From the NCBI GenBank assembly GCA_963706025.1, contig CAVPLM010000010.1:1-64000 (forward strand): DNA of 64,000 nt, read 5' to 3'. The position numbers and the translations under genes were made by a program. Positions 29,610 to 39,035 of the stretch are shown in pieces. How positions within the stretch are numbered: the first letter of the stretch is position 1; every line of letters begins with the position of its first letter. The stretch is from an uncultured Actinomycetes bacterium. Lineage in GTDB: Bacteria; Actinomycetota; Thermoleophilia; RBG-16-64-13. The notes below the pieces were generated by a model. It ran no database searches and was not told where the DNA came from. It saw only the letters and a list, made by a program, of their open reading frames with translations.

Positions 29610-30056
29610 TTACACCTCTTCGAGCATGGTCGTGAACAGATCGTGATGTTCTTCCTCGTCTTCGAGAATCTCTTTGAACATGAAGGCCGTCGTTACGTCG
29701 TGTTCCTTCGTCGCCATCTCGATGATCTGGCGATACATCTCAACGGCCTCCACCTCTGCCTTTGCATCGAGTTCGAGGAACTCCTTCAGGGTGTTCCCAA
29801 CCTCGATCGGTGCAGGCTTGGTCGTGGGCGTGCCGCCGAGATACCAGAGCCTCTCAGCGATCTTCTCAGCATGCTTCATCTCCGCGATGGCGGTCTCTTG
29901 GAACACGTCCCTGACGGCCACGCCCTTCACGCCCACGACCTGGACATGCTGCCACATGTACTGGACGCTTACCTGGATCTCCCTGGCAATCGCACCGTTT
30001 AGCAGTGACTTCAACTCGTCGCTCACTTTGGTCACTGGCTCCAATGAAGCGGCCAT
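29610..30056 (-). CDS. Ferritin-like (bacterioferritin-type) protein
   Basis: LN.AI.RE, E..HAEKIAER...LGG.P, E.EA...Y, IL.DEEEH diiron ligands. Confidence 0.88.
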   Translation of the reverse strand: MAASLEPVTKVSDELKSLLNGAIAREIQVSVQYMWQHVQVVGVKGVAVRDVFQETAIAEMKHAEKIAERLWYLGGTPTTKPAPIEVGNTLKEFLELDAKAEVEAVEMYRQIIEMATKEHDVTTAFMFKEILEDEEEHHDLFTTMLEEV

Positions 30057-30168
30057 CTCACACCCCTTTGCTCTCGTTGACATCGGCCGGTGTTTTGAGT
30101 ATGTACCCAGGCCACATCAGGAAGACACTTGTTCCGTAGCGGTATGCTGCTGTTCCTTGGTGACGAGT

Positions 30169-30303
30169 TTGCCACCGACTTGCCCCCGGACTCTCTCCAA
30201 AGACGCGAAAACCCGGCCTCCGGGGCCGGGCTCTGACATGCCATCTTTGGCTTTCCTAAGCGGAGAGGGGGGATTCGAACCCCCGGTACCGCTTGCGCGG
30301 CAC
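30169..30303 (-). repeat. tRNA-Ser 3' fragment (30261-30303) plus arm-type repeats (att-like copy D)
   Basis: 55 bp identical to copy B (30247-30301 vs 35736-35790); ttgccaccga/ttgcccccgg pair at 30169 and 30180. Confidence 0.9.
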
Positions 30304-30354
30304 GTGACGGCAAGAAGCCACCCCAGCTGCGAAGGCTTGGGAGCAACCACCCAG

Positions 30355-30382
30355 AAAGGGCCGTCCTTGGGGACGGCCCTTT
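30355..30382. terminator. Intrinsic terminator-like hairpin
   Basis: aaagggccgtcc-ttgg-ggacggcccttt perfect 12-bp stem. Confidence 0.7.
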
Positions 30383-30580
30383 GTCATCCCGAGGGTCAGT
30401 GAGGAGCAATCTCAGATGGCACGACCCCTGAACCTCGATCTGAGAGGCAGATCCATAAGAGCCATTGAGCTACTCCCCTCGGCGCCATTCTTCATGACTA
30501 CCCTAGTTTCGCCTCGCATGGAGCGGGCGGACTCCACATCAGCACGTTTCGCGGATGCCGTGAGTCCTCGGCCCTGTTCC

Positions 30581-31749
30581 CTACCGCATCCCCACCGCGG
30601 GGGTGCCTCTCTCCACGCGCATTTGGCGCGCCTTCCGTGGTTGCTTCACGCCGAAGAGGAACCGCGTCACGCTTGTCCTCCTGACCACGACCTCGTAGAT
30701 CAGGAACGTGCGGCGAAGGAGGCGGGCACGATGATGAGGTAGCTCGCCACCGCTCCCAGGTTCCACTGCATCACGAAGTAGGCGATCAAGGCGATCGGCA
30801 CCCAATGCAGGATGTAGAAGGGGTAGGAAGCCTGGCTCAGGTAACGGAGCGCCCTGCTGTCTGCGTTCAAGTAGCGCTTCCCGTAACTCAGCATGGTGAC
30901 GATCACCAGCGTTGCATTGATCATCGCCAGCGGGCCGAGCACCCCGTACATCCAGGGCTGCAACTCGGCGCCCTCGGCGATGCCGTACCCGACGACGATC
31001 GAGACCATCGTGGCCATCACCGGCACCATCAGGGCGAGGGCGACCTTCCCGTTCCGCTCGATCGCTCGTCCGATCCGCGGGTCCGAGAAGGCGAGGAAGC
31101 CGTAGACGAAGAAGGCGATGAGAAGGAAACGCGCTGCGTCGTTGTCGTTAGGGTTGGGCATCACGCGGCGCACCATCTCGAGGAGTATCAGCGGCACGAA
31201 GAAGAGGACAAGGCCGCCGCGGCGCTCGCAGAGGCTGCCTAGACGTGCCGTGAACCGAGAACCCCTGGGCGTCCTCAGGTACAGGAATAACGGCAGCGTC
31301 ACGAGCGAGAACAGGAAGAGGTACAGGATGAACCACAGGTGGCCGAATGGGAACCGGGCGAGCATAGGCAGGTAGGTTCCGAAGAAGCTGCCGTGGTAGT
31401 CCTCCCTGTTCACCGCGTACAGGTAGGAGAGGATCGGCAGGACGGCCACGATGCCGAAGGCGAGCGGCACCAGCAGGCGCTTCACGCGTTCGCCCAGGTA
31501 CCGGCCTGGCGACCGGCGGCCGAGGGCGAGCCAGACGGACGCGCCCGCGATGAAGAACATCAGCGGCATAAGAAATTCGCCGAAGAACGTCGAGACCGCC
31601 ACGATACCCGTGTTCGGCGGGCCCTTCACGACGCTTCCCGCGTTAACCGTGAAGATCGTCGCCGTATGCATGAAGACGAGCATCATTACCGCAAGCGTCC
31701 GCAGCCAGTCGATGTCGTGGCGCCGTTGAGTGTCCACTGCGGATTTCAT
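30581..31749 (-). CDS. Acyltransferase-3 (OpgC-like) membrane protein (frameshift near 30710)
   Basis: RRHDIDWLR, MPL.F.IAG, R.KRLLVP, HLWF..YL, ASYPFYILH; C-terminus FLIYE..RR....RFLFG in the next frame. Confidence 0.88.
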
Positions 31750-31759
31750 GACCTACCTC

Positions 31760-32167
31760 CTATGTCCGATCCGATTCACGATTCGTCTCATCAGCCAGGG
31801 GGCGGATGGCCCCCAGAAGCTCCAGCAGCGGCGCGCCTTTTACCACGAAGGCATCGAAGCCGGCGGCATGCGCCTGCAACCTGTCGAGTTCGGTGCAGTG
31901 AACGGTAAGGGCGGCGATACGGCACCCGGCGAGGTCGGTCTTGATGCGCGTGGCGGCGGTGTAGCCGTCGAGGACCGGCATGGCGAGGTCCATGATCACG
32001 ATGTCGGGGTGAAGGGCGCGCGCCTGCTCAATTGCCTCTCGTCCATTCCTCGCCTCGCCGACGACCTGAAAGTCGCCGACCACCTCAAGGAAGACGCGAA
32101 GGTCTTGACGCACGTCGGCCACATCGTCGACGATTAGGACCCGAGTCTTTGAATCTTGCTTGAACAT
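31760..32167 (-). CDS. Single-domain response regulator receiver (NarL-like REC)
   Basis: LIVDD, VVGEA.NG, PD...MDL.MP.LDG, no HTH. Confidence 0.85.
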   Translation of the reverse strand: MFKQDSKTRVLIVDDVADVRQDLRVFLEVVGDFQVVGEARNGREAIEQARALHPDIVIMDLAMPVLDGYTAATRIKTDLAGCRIAALTVHCTELDRLQAHAAGFDAFVVKGAPLLELLGAIRPLADETNRESDRT

Positions 32168-32274
32168 GCCCGCCTCCGATGGCGTAGATCACGTTTCAAG
32201 CATGACGCCGATGAAGGCGCGGCACATCGATCCGGCGATGTATTTACCGGTGGCCAGCAGGACGGTTTTTCTGT

Positions 32275-32312
32275 TACGACCGGAGGCCTATGCGACTACG
32301 ACTTAGGACCTA
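32275..32312. promoter_or_regulatory. Putative NarL/LuxR-family operator pair
   Basis: TACGAC-N4-GGCCTA (32275-32290) and TACGAC-N4-GACCTA (32297-32312), imperfect palindromes with a 22-bp period. Confidence 0.45.
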
Positions 32313-32466
32313 TCCCGGTAGGCATGTTCTGCTGCGGCCGGCTGCAAAGGCCATGGGCCGTGTCCTCGGAGCAAACAGTCCTCAACGTACCTATCGGTAC
32401 GCCTCTGGGCTGTTTGCCCCTCGATCCTTGCCCATGTCCTTTTCGCTCGGTCTCGCTGCGAACAAC

Positions 32467-33279
32467 CTACCGGGATAGGTCCTTAGGTCTGAGATCGGCG
32501 ACGAATGCCCGCATTCGCGCGAGCGCTTCCCTGGTGAGTTCTTGTAGCAGCGCGAGCTGCTCCTGTACCCCTTCGGGCTCTGTTCGGCGCATCAGTTGGG
32601 CAGAGCGGACCGTGAGCAGGATGCTAAACATGGCTTGGGAAACCGAGTCGTGCAACTTTCGGGCCAGACGGTTGCGCTCTTGCAGAGCCGCCAGTTCGTC
32701 CGCTTGGGCCGCACGCCTCTTGAGTTCGGCGTTGGTCCTCTCCAACTGCGCGAGCATCTTGTCGCTCTCGCTCTTTGCCGCTTCGATCTCCTGGCCGGCG
32801 ATAGCCAGGGCGGCCATGGCCATGCCGATGGCCATCGTGGTCAGAGCCAAGCCGAGCCCCTCGAGTGGACCCGCGAAGATCATCAGAGATACACCGATGA
32901 GGGCGACGCAGACGGCGATCCACAGCCAGCGGAACCACCCTCTGAAGACCATCGCCGCCTGGTAAGCAAGGAGCACGAAGAGGCCGGTCACGTAGTCGAA
33001 CTCCGGTCCCAGGGCGAGCAGCGCCAAGACGATGGCAGATTGTACGACGAAGATGAGGTGGAGCAACGGCGGGTGTCGACTCGGTAGCACCCACACCAGT
33101 GAAAAGAGGGCGAAGAACACGACCAAAAGCGCGACAAACCAGGGGAAACGCGCACTGTACTCGATTGAGATGAGTAGTCTCGCCGCGAGACCTACTCCGG
33201 CCAGGTAGATGACGACAAGCACCACCCGCGGCCAGACGCCAATGTCAGTCAGCTTCGGCAAGACCGTTGCGGATCGCAA
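32467..33279 (-). CDS. Membrane sensor with HisKA_3 domain, lacking HATPase domain
   Basis: TM region, ERNRLAR.LHDSVSQ..FS, ends after AL..MR..V..LRP. Confidence 0.8.
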   Translation of the reverse strand: MRSATVLPKLTDIGVWPRVVLVVIYLAGVGLAARLLISIEYSARFPWFVALLVVFFALFSLVWVLPSRHPPLLHLIFVVQSAIVLALLALGPEFDYVTGLFVLLAYQAAMVFRGWFRWLWIAVCVALIGVSLMIFAGPLEGLGLALTTMAIGMAMAALAIAGQEIEAAKSESDKMLAQLERTNAELKRRAAQADELAALQERNRLARKLHDSVSQAMFSILLTVRSAQLMRRTEPEGVQEQLALLQELTREALARMRAFVADLRPKDLSR

Positions 33280-33961
33280 AGATGGCCAGTTGAGTGCGGT
33301 CCTTGAGTCCTAGCTTGGCCAGGATATGGCTGATGTGCGTCTTCACCGTCTTCTCGCTGATGTAAAACTGACTGGCGATCTCCCGGTTGCTCTTGCCCTG
33401 GGCGACCAATCGGATGACCTCTCGCTCGCGGTCGGTCAGATCGCCCGCAGGTGAGCCTCGATCTGCCGCCGAGGACGGCGCCGAGTCGGCATCCGTGTCG
33501 GGGCCCGAGGGCTCTGGGGCCCGCATGGCTTCCATCAGCTTCCGGGCCACGTCAGGATGCAATCGCGGCTCCCCGCGGGAGGCCGCACGTACGGCGTCGA
33601 CTAGTTCATCGGGGGAAACATCTTTGAGAAGATAACTGGAAGCGCCCGCCTGGATGGCGGGGAACACCTGGGCGTCTTCGGCGAAGCTCGTCAAGGCGAT
33701 CACCCGAGTGTGGACGTCCATCTCCATGATCTGTTTGGTAGCGGACACACCGTCCAGCCGGGGCATCATGAGATCCATCAACACGACATCCGGCGCCGTC
33801 TGCCGCACCATTTCCACCGCCACCTGCCCGTCGGACGCCTCTCCAACAACCGCCATGTCCTCGTGCAACTCGAGAAAAGTGCGTAGCCCTTGACGGACAA
33901 TCTGATGATCGTCCACGATGAGTATCCGGATCTTCTCGCCCTCGATCTCGTGCGTGCTCAT
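33245..33961 (-). CDS. NarL/LiaR-family response regulator (REC + LuxR HTH)
   Basis: VDDH.IVRQGL, LT.REREV..L.A.G.SN.EIA, KTVKTH.S.IL.KL. Confidence 0.93.
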   Translation of the reverse strand: MSTHEIEGEKIRILIVDDHQIVRQGLRTFLELHEDMAVVGEASDGQVAVEMVRQTAPDVVLMDLMMPRLDGVSATKQIMEMDVHTRVIALTSFAEDAQVFPAIQAGASSYLLKDVSPDELVDAVRAASRGEPRLHPDVARKLMEAMRAPEPSGPDTDADSAPSSAADRGSPAGDLTDREREVIRLVAQGKSNREIASQFYISEKTVKTHISHILAKLGLKDRTQLAIFAIRNGLAEAD

Positions 33962-35196
33962 CTCCCACCTCTCTGGCCTAAAGATCGCTGGACCACGACC
34001 CGCGTCCCCTGCCCCGGTGCACTTTCCATTTCAAAGACCCAGCCTATTTCGGCGGCGCGTTCGCTCATGCTCGCCAATCCCATGCCCGTCCCATCCACTG
34101 CGTTCTGAGGGTCGAAGCCTCTTCCCTGATCCCTAATCTCGAGCCTAGGTCTGCCTCCCAGGCGAAGAAGGATCGTTGCCTGAGACGTACCGGCATGCTT
34201 GACGACGTTGTTGAGTGCCTCCCGGGCGATGCGAGCGAGGGCGGTTTCCTCCGCGGCCGACAGCGGCTCGGTGTCGGCATCGAGCGGCTCTTCCTGGACA
34301 TCGAACGAGACGCTGACGCCGTCACTCCGTCGCCGATCCACATCGCGACGTATTGCTTCGACCAGACTCCCGCCGCCGATGGCGTCCGGTTTGAGCTCTG
34401 AAACGAGGAGGCGCATCTCAGCTAGCGCGCTCTCGGCCAACTGACGGAGGCGCTCGAGCTGCTCATCAGCTTTCGATGGCTCGCGTCGTAGGAGGATGGC
34501 GGCAGACTGGCTGGCCAGTGTCATACTGAAAATGGTCTGGGTGACGGAGTCGTGTAGCTCGCGGGCCACCCGGTTGCGCTCTTCGGCCACAACAAGGCTC
34601 TCTACTCGCTCCAGATACTCGGTGAGTTCGGCGTTCGTCATCTCCAACTCGTGGCCCAGGGCCTTGTTGCGAAGGCGCGCCTGCTCGGCCCGGCGCGTCG
34701 CGAACGCATACAGGCCAAGGAAGACGTTGACGGCGGTGTAGACGAGAGTCAACGTCATCGCTTGGGGAAGCTCGTAGTCCCCGAGGAAGGCGAAGAGCAT
34801 AAGAGGTATGAACGCGACCAGCCACAAAGCCCCAAGCCGGCCGAAACGCTGCAGCGCCTGCATGGAGAGGACAGCGAACAGGACGGCGAAGAAGTCCTCA
34901 TCTCCGGGGAGGAGAAACAGGCCAACCACGATGCCTATCTGCAGGACCATGTAGAGAATGGACCACGTCCCCCATCTCTTGGAGATCAACGGTTCACTGG
35001 CAAAGAACACCAGCCAGGCGAGTAGCAGTAGCAACGCCTCGAGCAGGACCGTGCCGTCCTCGAGCACTAGCACCGAACGTAGCACCACACCGGCAAAAAG
35101 GAGTCCGGCGGAGGCATAGAAGACCCAGATGTACGACCTGTCGGAAAACGGGCTCATGTACGGGTCCCAGCGTTGGTGGCGGTTGATGATCATCAT
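33958..35196 (-). CDS. HisKA_3 sensor histidine kinase
   Basis: EERNRVARELHDSVTQ, EALNNVVKHA, D.G.GF, GMGL.SM.ERA, S.PG.GT. Confidence 0.92.
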   Translation of the reverse strand: MMIINRHQRWDPYMSPFSDRSYIWVFYASAGLLFAGVVLRSVLVLEDGTVLLEALLLLLAWLVFFASEPLISKRWGTWSILYMVLQIGIVVGLFLLPGDEDFFAVLFAVLSMQALQRFGRLGALWLVAFIPLMLFAFLGDYELPQAMTLTLVYTAVNVFLGLYAFATRRAEQARLRNKALGHELEMTNAELTEYLERVESLVVAEERNRVARELHDSVTQTIFSMTLASQSAAILLRREPSKADEQLERLRQLAESALAEMRLLVSELKPDAIGGGSLVEAIRRDVDRRRSDGVSVSFDVQEEPLDADTEPLSAAEETALARIAREALNNVVKHAGTSQATILLRLGGRPRLEIRDQGRGFDPQNAVDGTGMGLASMSERAAEIGWVFEMESAPGQGTRVVVQRSLGQRGGR

Positions 35197-35353
35197 AGTC
35201 CAGGACCGTGGATGGAAGAAGCGGCCACGCCTTGTTTAGCCTCGGCGATCAGGGGGTCGCTTTGGCGTATTTGCTGGCGCCGGACCACCATTCCGCGTCT
35301 AATCTGTTCCAGGACCGGTCTGTGCTGTTGTGTGCTGTCTGATGGTGCCGACT

Positions 35354-35445
35354 TTGCCCCCGACTTACCCCCGAACTCGCCCGAAAGATGTGAGAGGCTC
35401 GACCCTGGCGGCCGAGCCTCGCCTCAGGAAACCCCTGCAAATGAG
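35354..35445. repeat. Arm-type repeat flank of att-like copy C
   Basis: ttgcccccga/ttacccccga (11-bp period), actcgcccgaaaga, and acccctgcaaa shared with the flank of the intact tRNA-Ser. Confidence 0.8.
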
Positions 35446-35525
35446 CGGAGAGGGGGGATTCGAACCCCCGGTACCGCTTGCGCGGCAGAACGGTTTTCGA
35501 GACCGCCCCACTAAGCCGCTCTGCC
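35446..35525 (-). pseudogene. Pseudo-tRNA-Ser(CGA) lacking the 5' acceptor strand (att-like copy C)
   Basis: Minus strand ggcagagcggcttagtgg-gcggt-ctCGAaa-accgt-long variable arm-GGTTCGAATCC-ctctccg; 5' GGAGAGG absent. Confidence 0.82.
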
Positions 35526-35629
35526 GGCGGGGGCTTGGCGCTAGCTCACGGCGCACCGGGCATGATGCCTCGTGTCTTCGCGTCCACCTTCGTCCATTCG
35601 TTGCGTGCGATGACTGCCTCACGGTTTCT

Positions 35630-35790
35630 GCTCCCTTTCGGCTCCCTTTCGGCGTCTTTGCCACCGACTTGCCACCGAACTCGCCCGAAAGACGCAAAAA
35701 CCGGGCTTTTCGGACCGGGTCTCGACACACGATTCTTGGCTTTCCTAAGCGGAGAGGGGGGATTCGAACCCCCGGTACCGCTTGCGCGGC
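35630..35790 (-). repeat. tRNA-Ser 3' fragment (35750-35790) plus arm-type repeats (att-like copy B)
   Basis: gctccctttcg x2, ttgccaccga x2, actcgcccgaaaga, then the shared tRNA core. Confidence 0.9.
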
Positions 35791-35913
35791 TCCGGTCACA
35801 ACGCGGTTTCTGGGATGAAAGCTGGCCCTTGCAGAGCTTGCCACGTTCATCGACCACCTGCGCGCTATAGAGGAACGGAGACTCAAAGAGCCCTGGGTTC
35901 CCAGAGGTTACGA

Positions 35914-38700
35914 CTAGACATCCGTGACGGTGAGCACCATGGTGTCGGAGCCGACGCCCCCATTGTTGTCCGTTACGGTGAAGGTCACCACGTACAGACC
36001 AGGTGTGGTCAATCTGATCATCTCAGCCACCTTCCCAAGTGAGGTGGCTGTCGGTTCAGTCACTATCAAGTCGACCGTGAGCCCATCCACGTAGGCCAGG
36101 GCTGTATGGGTGTCGGAAGCATCGGCATCTGTAAAGTTGGCGCCCAGTGGGAAGAGGGAACCCGCGGTCACGCTCTTGTCGAGACCCGCGTCGACAACTG
36201 GGGGATGATTGGATGAAGGAGGAGTGCCCCCGATCCGGGCGAGTACGTTGTAGAGCACCTGAGCCGTCTCCCCGCGCGTGGCCACCCTCCACGGATCCCA
36301 AGAAGGTCCGAAGCCGACCAGTCCGGCCAGGAGCCCGTTGTACTCGGCCATCTGCATGTTGCGAGCGTGATCGAGGCTGAAGTCACCCAGTGTTCCGACA
36401 TAGCCCGCGGGTGGATCCGTCAACACGCCGGGGCGCAGATTCTGCACGGCTCTCACCGTCATGGTGACCACCTGGGCGCGTCTGATGCCCACATACGGGG
36501 CGAAGGTAGTCGCCGTCTGCCCTCTGGTGATGCCGGCGAGATAGGCGTTCGCCACGTACTCGTGCGGGTAGAGGCTGTTGACGACGCCTGGACCGGGCAG
36601 TATGTCGGGACCCAGGTCGGTGAAAGGCACCGCAGGGTCGGGCCAATCGTCCTCCAGCACCAGAAAGCCAATGACCCCGCAGATCATCTTGGCGAACTGG
36701 GCACGATAGACGCTGTTATCGGGCCGGAACTCCCAGGTATCTCCGACCTGGTAGCCGTCGATGATGTGGGCGTCGCGCATGCCGTTGATGGCATCGTAGT
36801 AGGGGTGTCCAGACGGAACATCGGTGAAAGGCGTTGGATCAGGGGTATCGCTTGGTATCAACTCGATGGTGTCGCTGACCAGCCCGTCTCCCGCCACGTG
36901 GCCATGGACGTCCTCGAAGCTGCACCACACGGTCTTGATTCCCAGCCCAGTGGTCAAGGTCCACGACTTGGTAGCCGCGTAGGGCTCCCAGGCCGACCAG
37001 GTAGTGCCGTCGTTGCTGAATCGCATCCGCATGAGGGGTGAGCCGTCGGTCACTGTGTAGGTGAGCGTGACGGTGGTCGAGTCGGTCTGGGCCGCACCGC
37101 CATTGATCGTGAAGCCGCTGATGACCGGGCTGATGCGGTCCACGTATACCACCGGCTGATCGGTGCTCGTTTGCGAGTTGCCGGCCAGGTCCAGAGCACG
37201 GGCGTAGATCACGTGACCCACCCCGGCGTCCTCTACCGGGAGGCTCCAGTCGTAGTGCCAGGTGGCCAGCGGGGTCCCTGCACCCGAGTCGATGGTGGCC
37301 TCCTGCCAGGGCCAGCCATCGATCGACACCTGCACCGACGTCACGCCGACGTTGTCGGTCGCTGTGCCGGAGATCACGGCCGGCGACACGCTCAGGACTG
37401 CGCCGTCGGCAGGAGCGAGGATCTCCGTCATCGGCGGCTCGACGTCATGCGTGGCCACGAATATCTCCCAGTCACCCCCGGCGTCACGGCCCTGCCACAC
37501 CACCGCTTCGTTTCCCAGCCGAGGATACCGGTCGTCATAGGGACTGTTGCTCAGGTTCACCACTTCGCCGGTGGGGGCGTCGCCGGGTGGGAGATAGACG
37601 TATACCTGGGAGACGCCCGGGCCACCGAACCAGACCGCCCCACGACCGGTGACGTCGGTGGGCAGATCATTCGCCGTGTTGTTGGTGAGCGTGGCGTCTT
37701 TCCAGATAGGACTGACGGGCGTCCTGGTGGCCAGTCGCACCTCCCAATCGGTGCCGTCGTAGTACCGCCAGCCTATCGTGGTACCCATCGCCGAGACATC
37801 TATGAAGGGCTCCGAGTCGTTCCGCGTGTTGTTGGTCAGCTTGGTCGTGACACCGTCGGAGCGGTAGAACACCTCCGAATCCCCGTCGTCTTGCCCCTCC
37901 CAGACGATCTGGTGCTCGCTGATCTCCGGGAAGACATCGTCGTAATCGTTATCGGTGACCCGGCGGACCATGGACCCGTCCCAGTACTGGATCTCGAAGT
38001 CGAAACCCGGATCATGGATGGATTGAATCTGCCAGACGACCCATGACCCGTCGGTCTGAGGGTGGCTTATTTGACCATGGTCGCCCACGACCGATTGGAG
38101 CGTGGCCGTAGCGATGTCGTAGACGTACACGAGGTCGAGGACAAGGGACGTATCATGGCACACCCACACCACCAGGTATCCGTGGATCTGTACCTGAGTG
38201 TCGTCATAGGTGTTGTCGGTCAGCTTGGTGGTGAGGCCGGTGGAGAAGCGGTGCAGGTAGATCTCCCAATCTCCGTCGGCATCTCGGCCTTGCCATACAA
38301 CAGCGTCTCCACAGATCTTCGGGTATGCTTCGTCAGTAGCGTTGGATGTAAGCTGCCTGCCTAGGCCAAGCCGATAGTTCCAGGCCCATATCTCCGAGTC
38401 TTGGCCCGCAGGCTTCTGTTGCCACACGACTACCGGGTTGGTGGTGTCAATGTCGGGCCATTCGTCGGCTGCCGCGTTGTCCGTGATCTTGTTGAGAGTC
38501 CATCCAGCGGGTCCGCCCTCTATGGCCGAGGCGGGTGTCCCCGATAGAAGAACGGCCGTCACGGCCAGAAGCAACGTAGCCGTAAACACCAAGAGACGGT
38601 GAACTGCTTCCGGTACTGCGGGGGGCGTCCTCATGCTCAGCCCTATCGGGATCTTGGTATGCTGCTTCAGTCGAAGCATCCGTCTCTCCCTTCCTGGCAC
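35914..38700 (-). CDS. Secreted S-layer homology (SLH) domain protein with beta-propeller-like repeats and Ig/PKD-like domains
   Basis: Signal peptide; repeated LT.N..DD..P.I....VVW.G.D.D.EI; Ig-like SGTATDNVGV; FTDVP..HPY..AI, RAQFAKMI, TRGE.AQ SLH motifs; start uncertain. Confidence 0.85.
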   Translation of the reverse strand: MPGRERRMLRLKQHTKIPIGLSMRTPPAVPEAVHRLLVFTATLLLAVTAVLLSGTPASAIEGGPAGWTLNKITDNAAADEWPDIDTTNPVVVWQQKPAGQDSEIWAWNYRLGLGRQLTSNATDEAYPKICGDAVVWQGRDADGDWEIYLHRFSTGLTTKLTDNTYDDTQVQIHGYLVVWVCHDTSLVLDLVYVYDIATATLQSVVGDHGQISHPQTDGSWVVWQIQSIHDPGFDFEIQYWDGSMVRRVTDNDYDDVFPEISEHQIVWEGQDDGDSEVFYRSDGVTTKLTNNTRNDSEPFIDVSAMGTTIGWRYYDGTDWEVRLATRTPVSPIWKDATLTNNTANDLPTDVTGRGAVWFGGPGVSQVYVYLPPGDAPTGEVVNLSNSPYDDRYPRLGNEAVVWQGRDAGGDWEIFVATHDVEPPMTEILAPADGAVLSVSPAVISGTATDNVGVTSVQVSIDGWPWQEATIDSGAGTPLATWHYDWSLPVEDAGVGHVIYARALDLAGNSQTSTDQPVVYVDRISPVISGFTINGGAAQTDSTTVTLTYTVTDGSPLMRMRFSNDGTTWSAWEPYAATKSWTLTTGLGIKTVWCSFEDVHGHVAGDGLVSDTIELIPSDTPDPTPFTDVPSGHPYYDAINGMRDAHIIDGYQVGDTWEFRPDNSVYRAQFAKMICGVIGFLVLEDDWPDPAVPFTDLGPDILPGPGVVNSLYPHEYVANAYLAGITRGQTATTFAPYVGIRRAQVVTMTVRAVQNLRPGVLTDPPAGYVGTLGDFSLDHARNMQMAEYNGLLAGLVGFGPSWDPWRVATRGETAQVLYNVLARIGGTPPSSNHPPVVDAGLDKSVTAGSLFPLGANFTDADASDTHTALAYVDGLTVDLIVTEPTATSLGKVAEMIRLTTPGLYVVTFTVTDNNGGVGSDTMVLTVTDV

Positions 38701-38916
38701 GAACCTGACCGAACCGCGATGGACTCCTGCCCCGCTGGATCAATGGTGCTTGAGATGAAGCGCCTTTGAAGGAGGCCGGACTCGAAGTTGGGCGTCTACC
38801 CCAATCCTATTACCATGCGTGGTTCAACGCAATGTTCAGTCGGCTTGGGGCCCGCCGAGTATGTGGAATGCTTGTCGTCTTGTGTCCTTGTGTCCGTCTC
38901 GCACCCATGAGTGCTG

Positions 38917-38967
38917 TCAGCAACGATTTCAGCAACGATTTCCTCCGGTGCCAAAATGGTGCCAAAA
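38917..38967. repeat. Paired short direct repeats (arm-type sites) downstream of tRNA-Ser
   Basis: tcagcaacgatt x2 (38917-38940) and ggtgccaaaa x2 (38947-38967). Confidence 0.8.
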
Positions 38968-39035
38968 CCAGGCCTGAAGGTCGTTGGCGGCCAGACTAGC
39001 TAGATTATCTGCGAGTAAAACCCCTGCAAACAAGG

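Larger units (their letters stand above)
23484..39035. mobile_element. tRNA-Ser-anchored composite genomic island / tandem array of integrated cassettes
   Basis: Intact tRNA at the right end, five tRNA 3' fragments, arm-type repeats, integrase remnant, accessory cargo. Confidence 0.75.

Noticed and set aside
28460-35790. Repeated 32-bp sequence as a CRISPR array
   Set aside because: Copies are 0.3-5 kb apart, match a tRNA T/variable arm, and no cas genes are present
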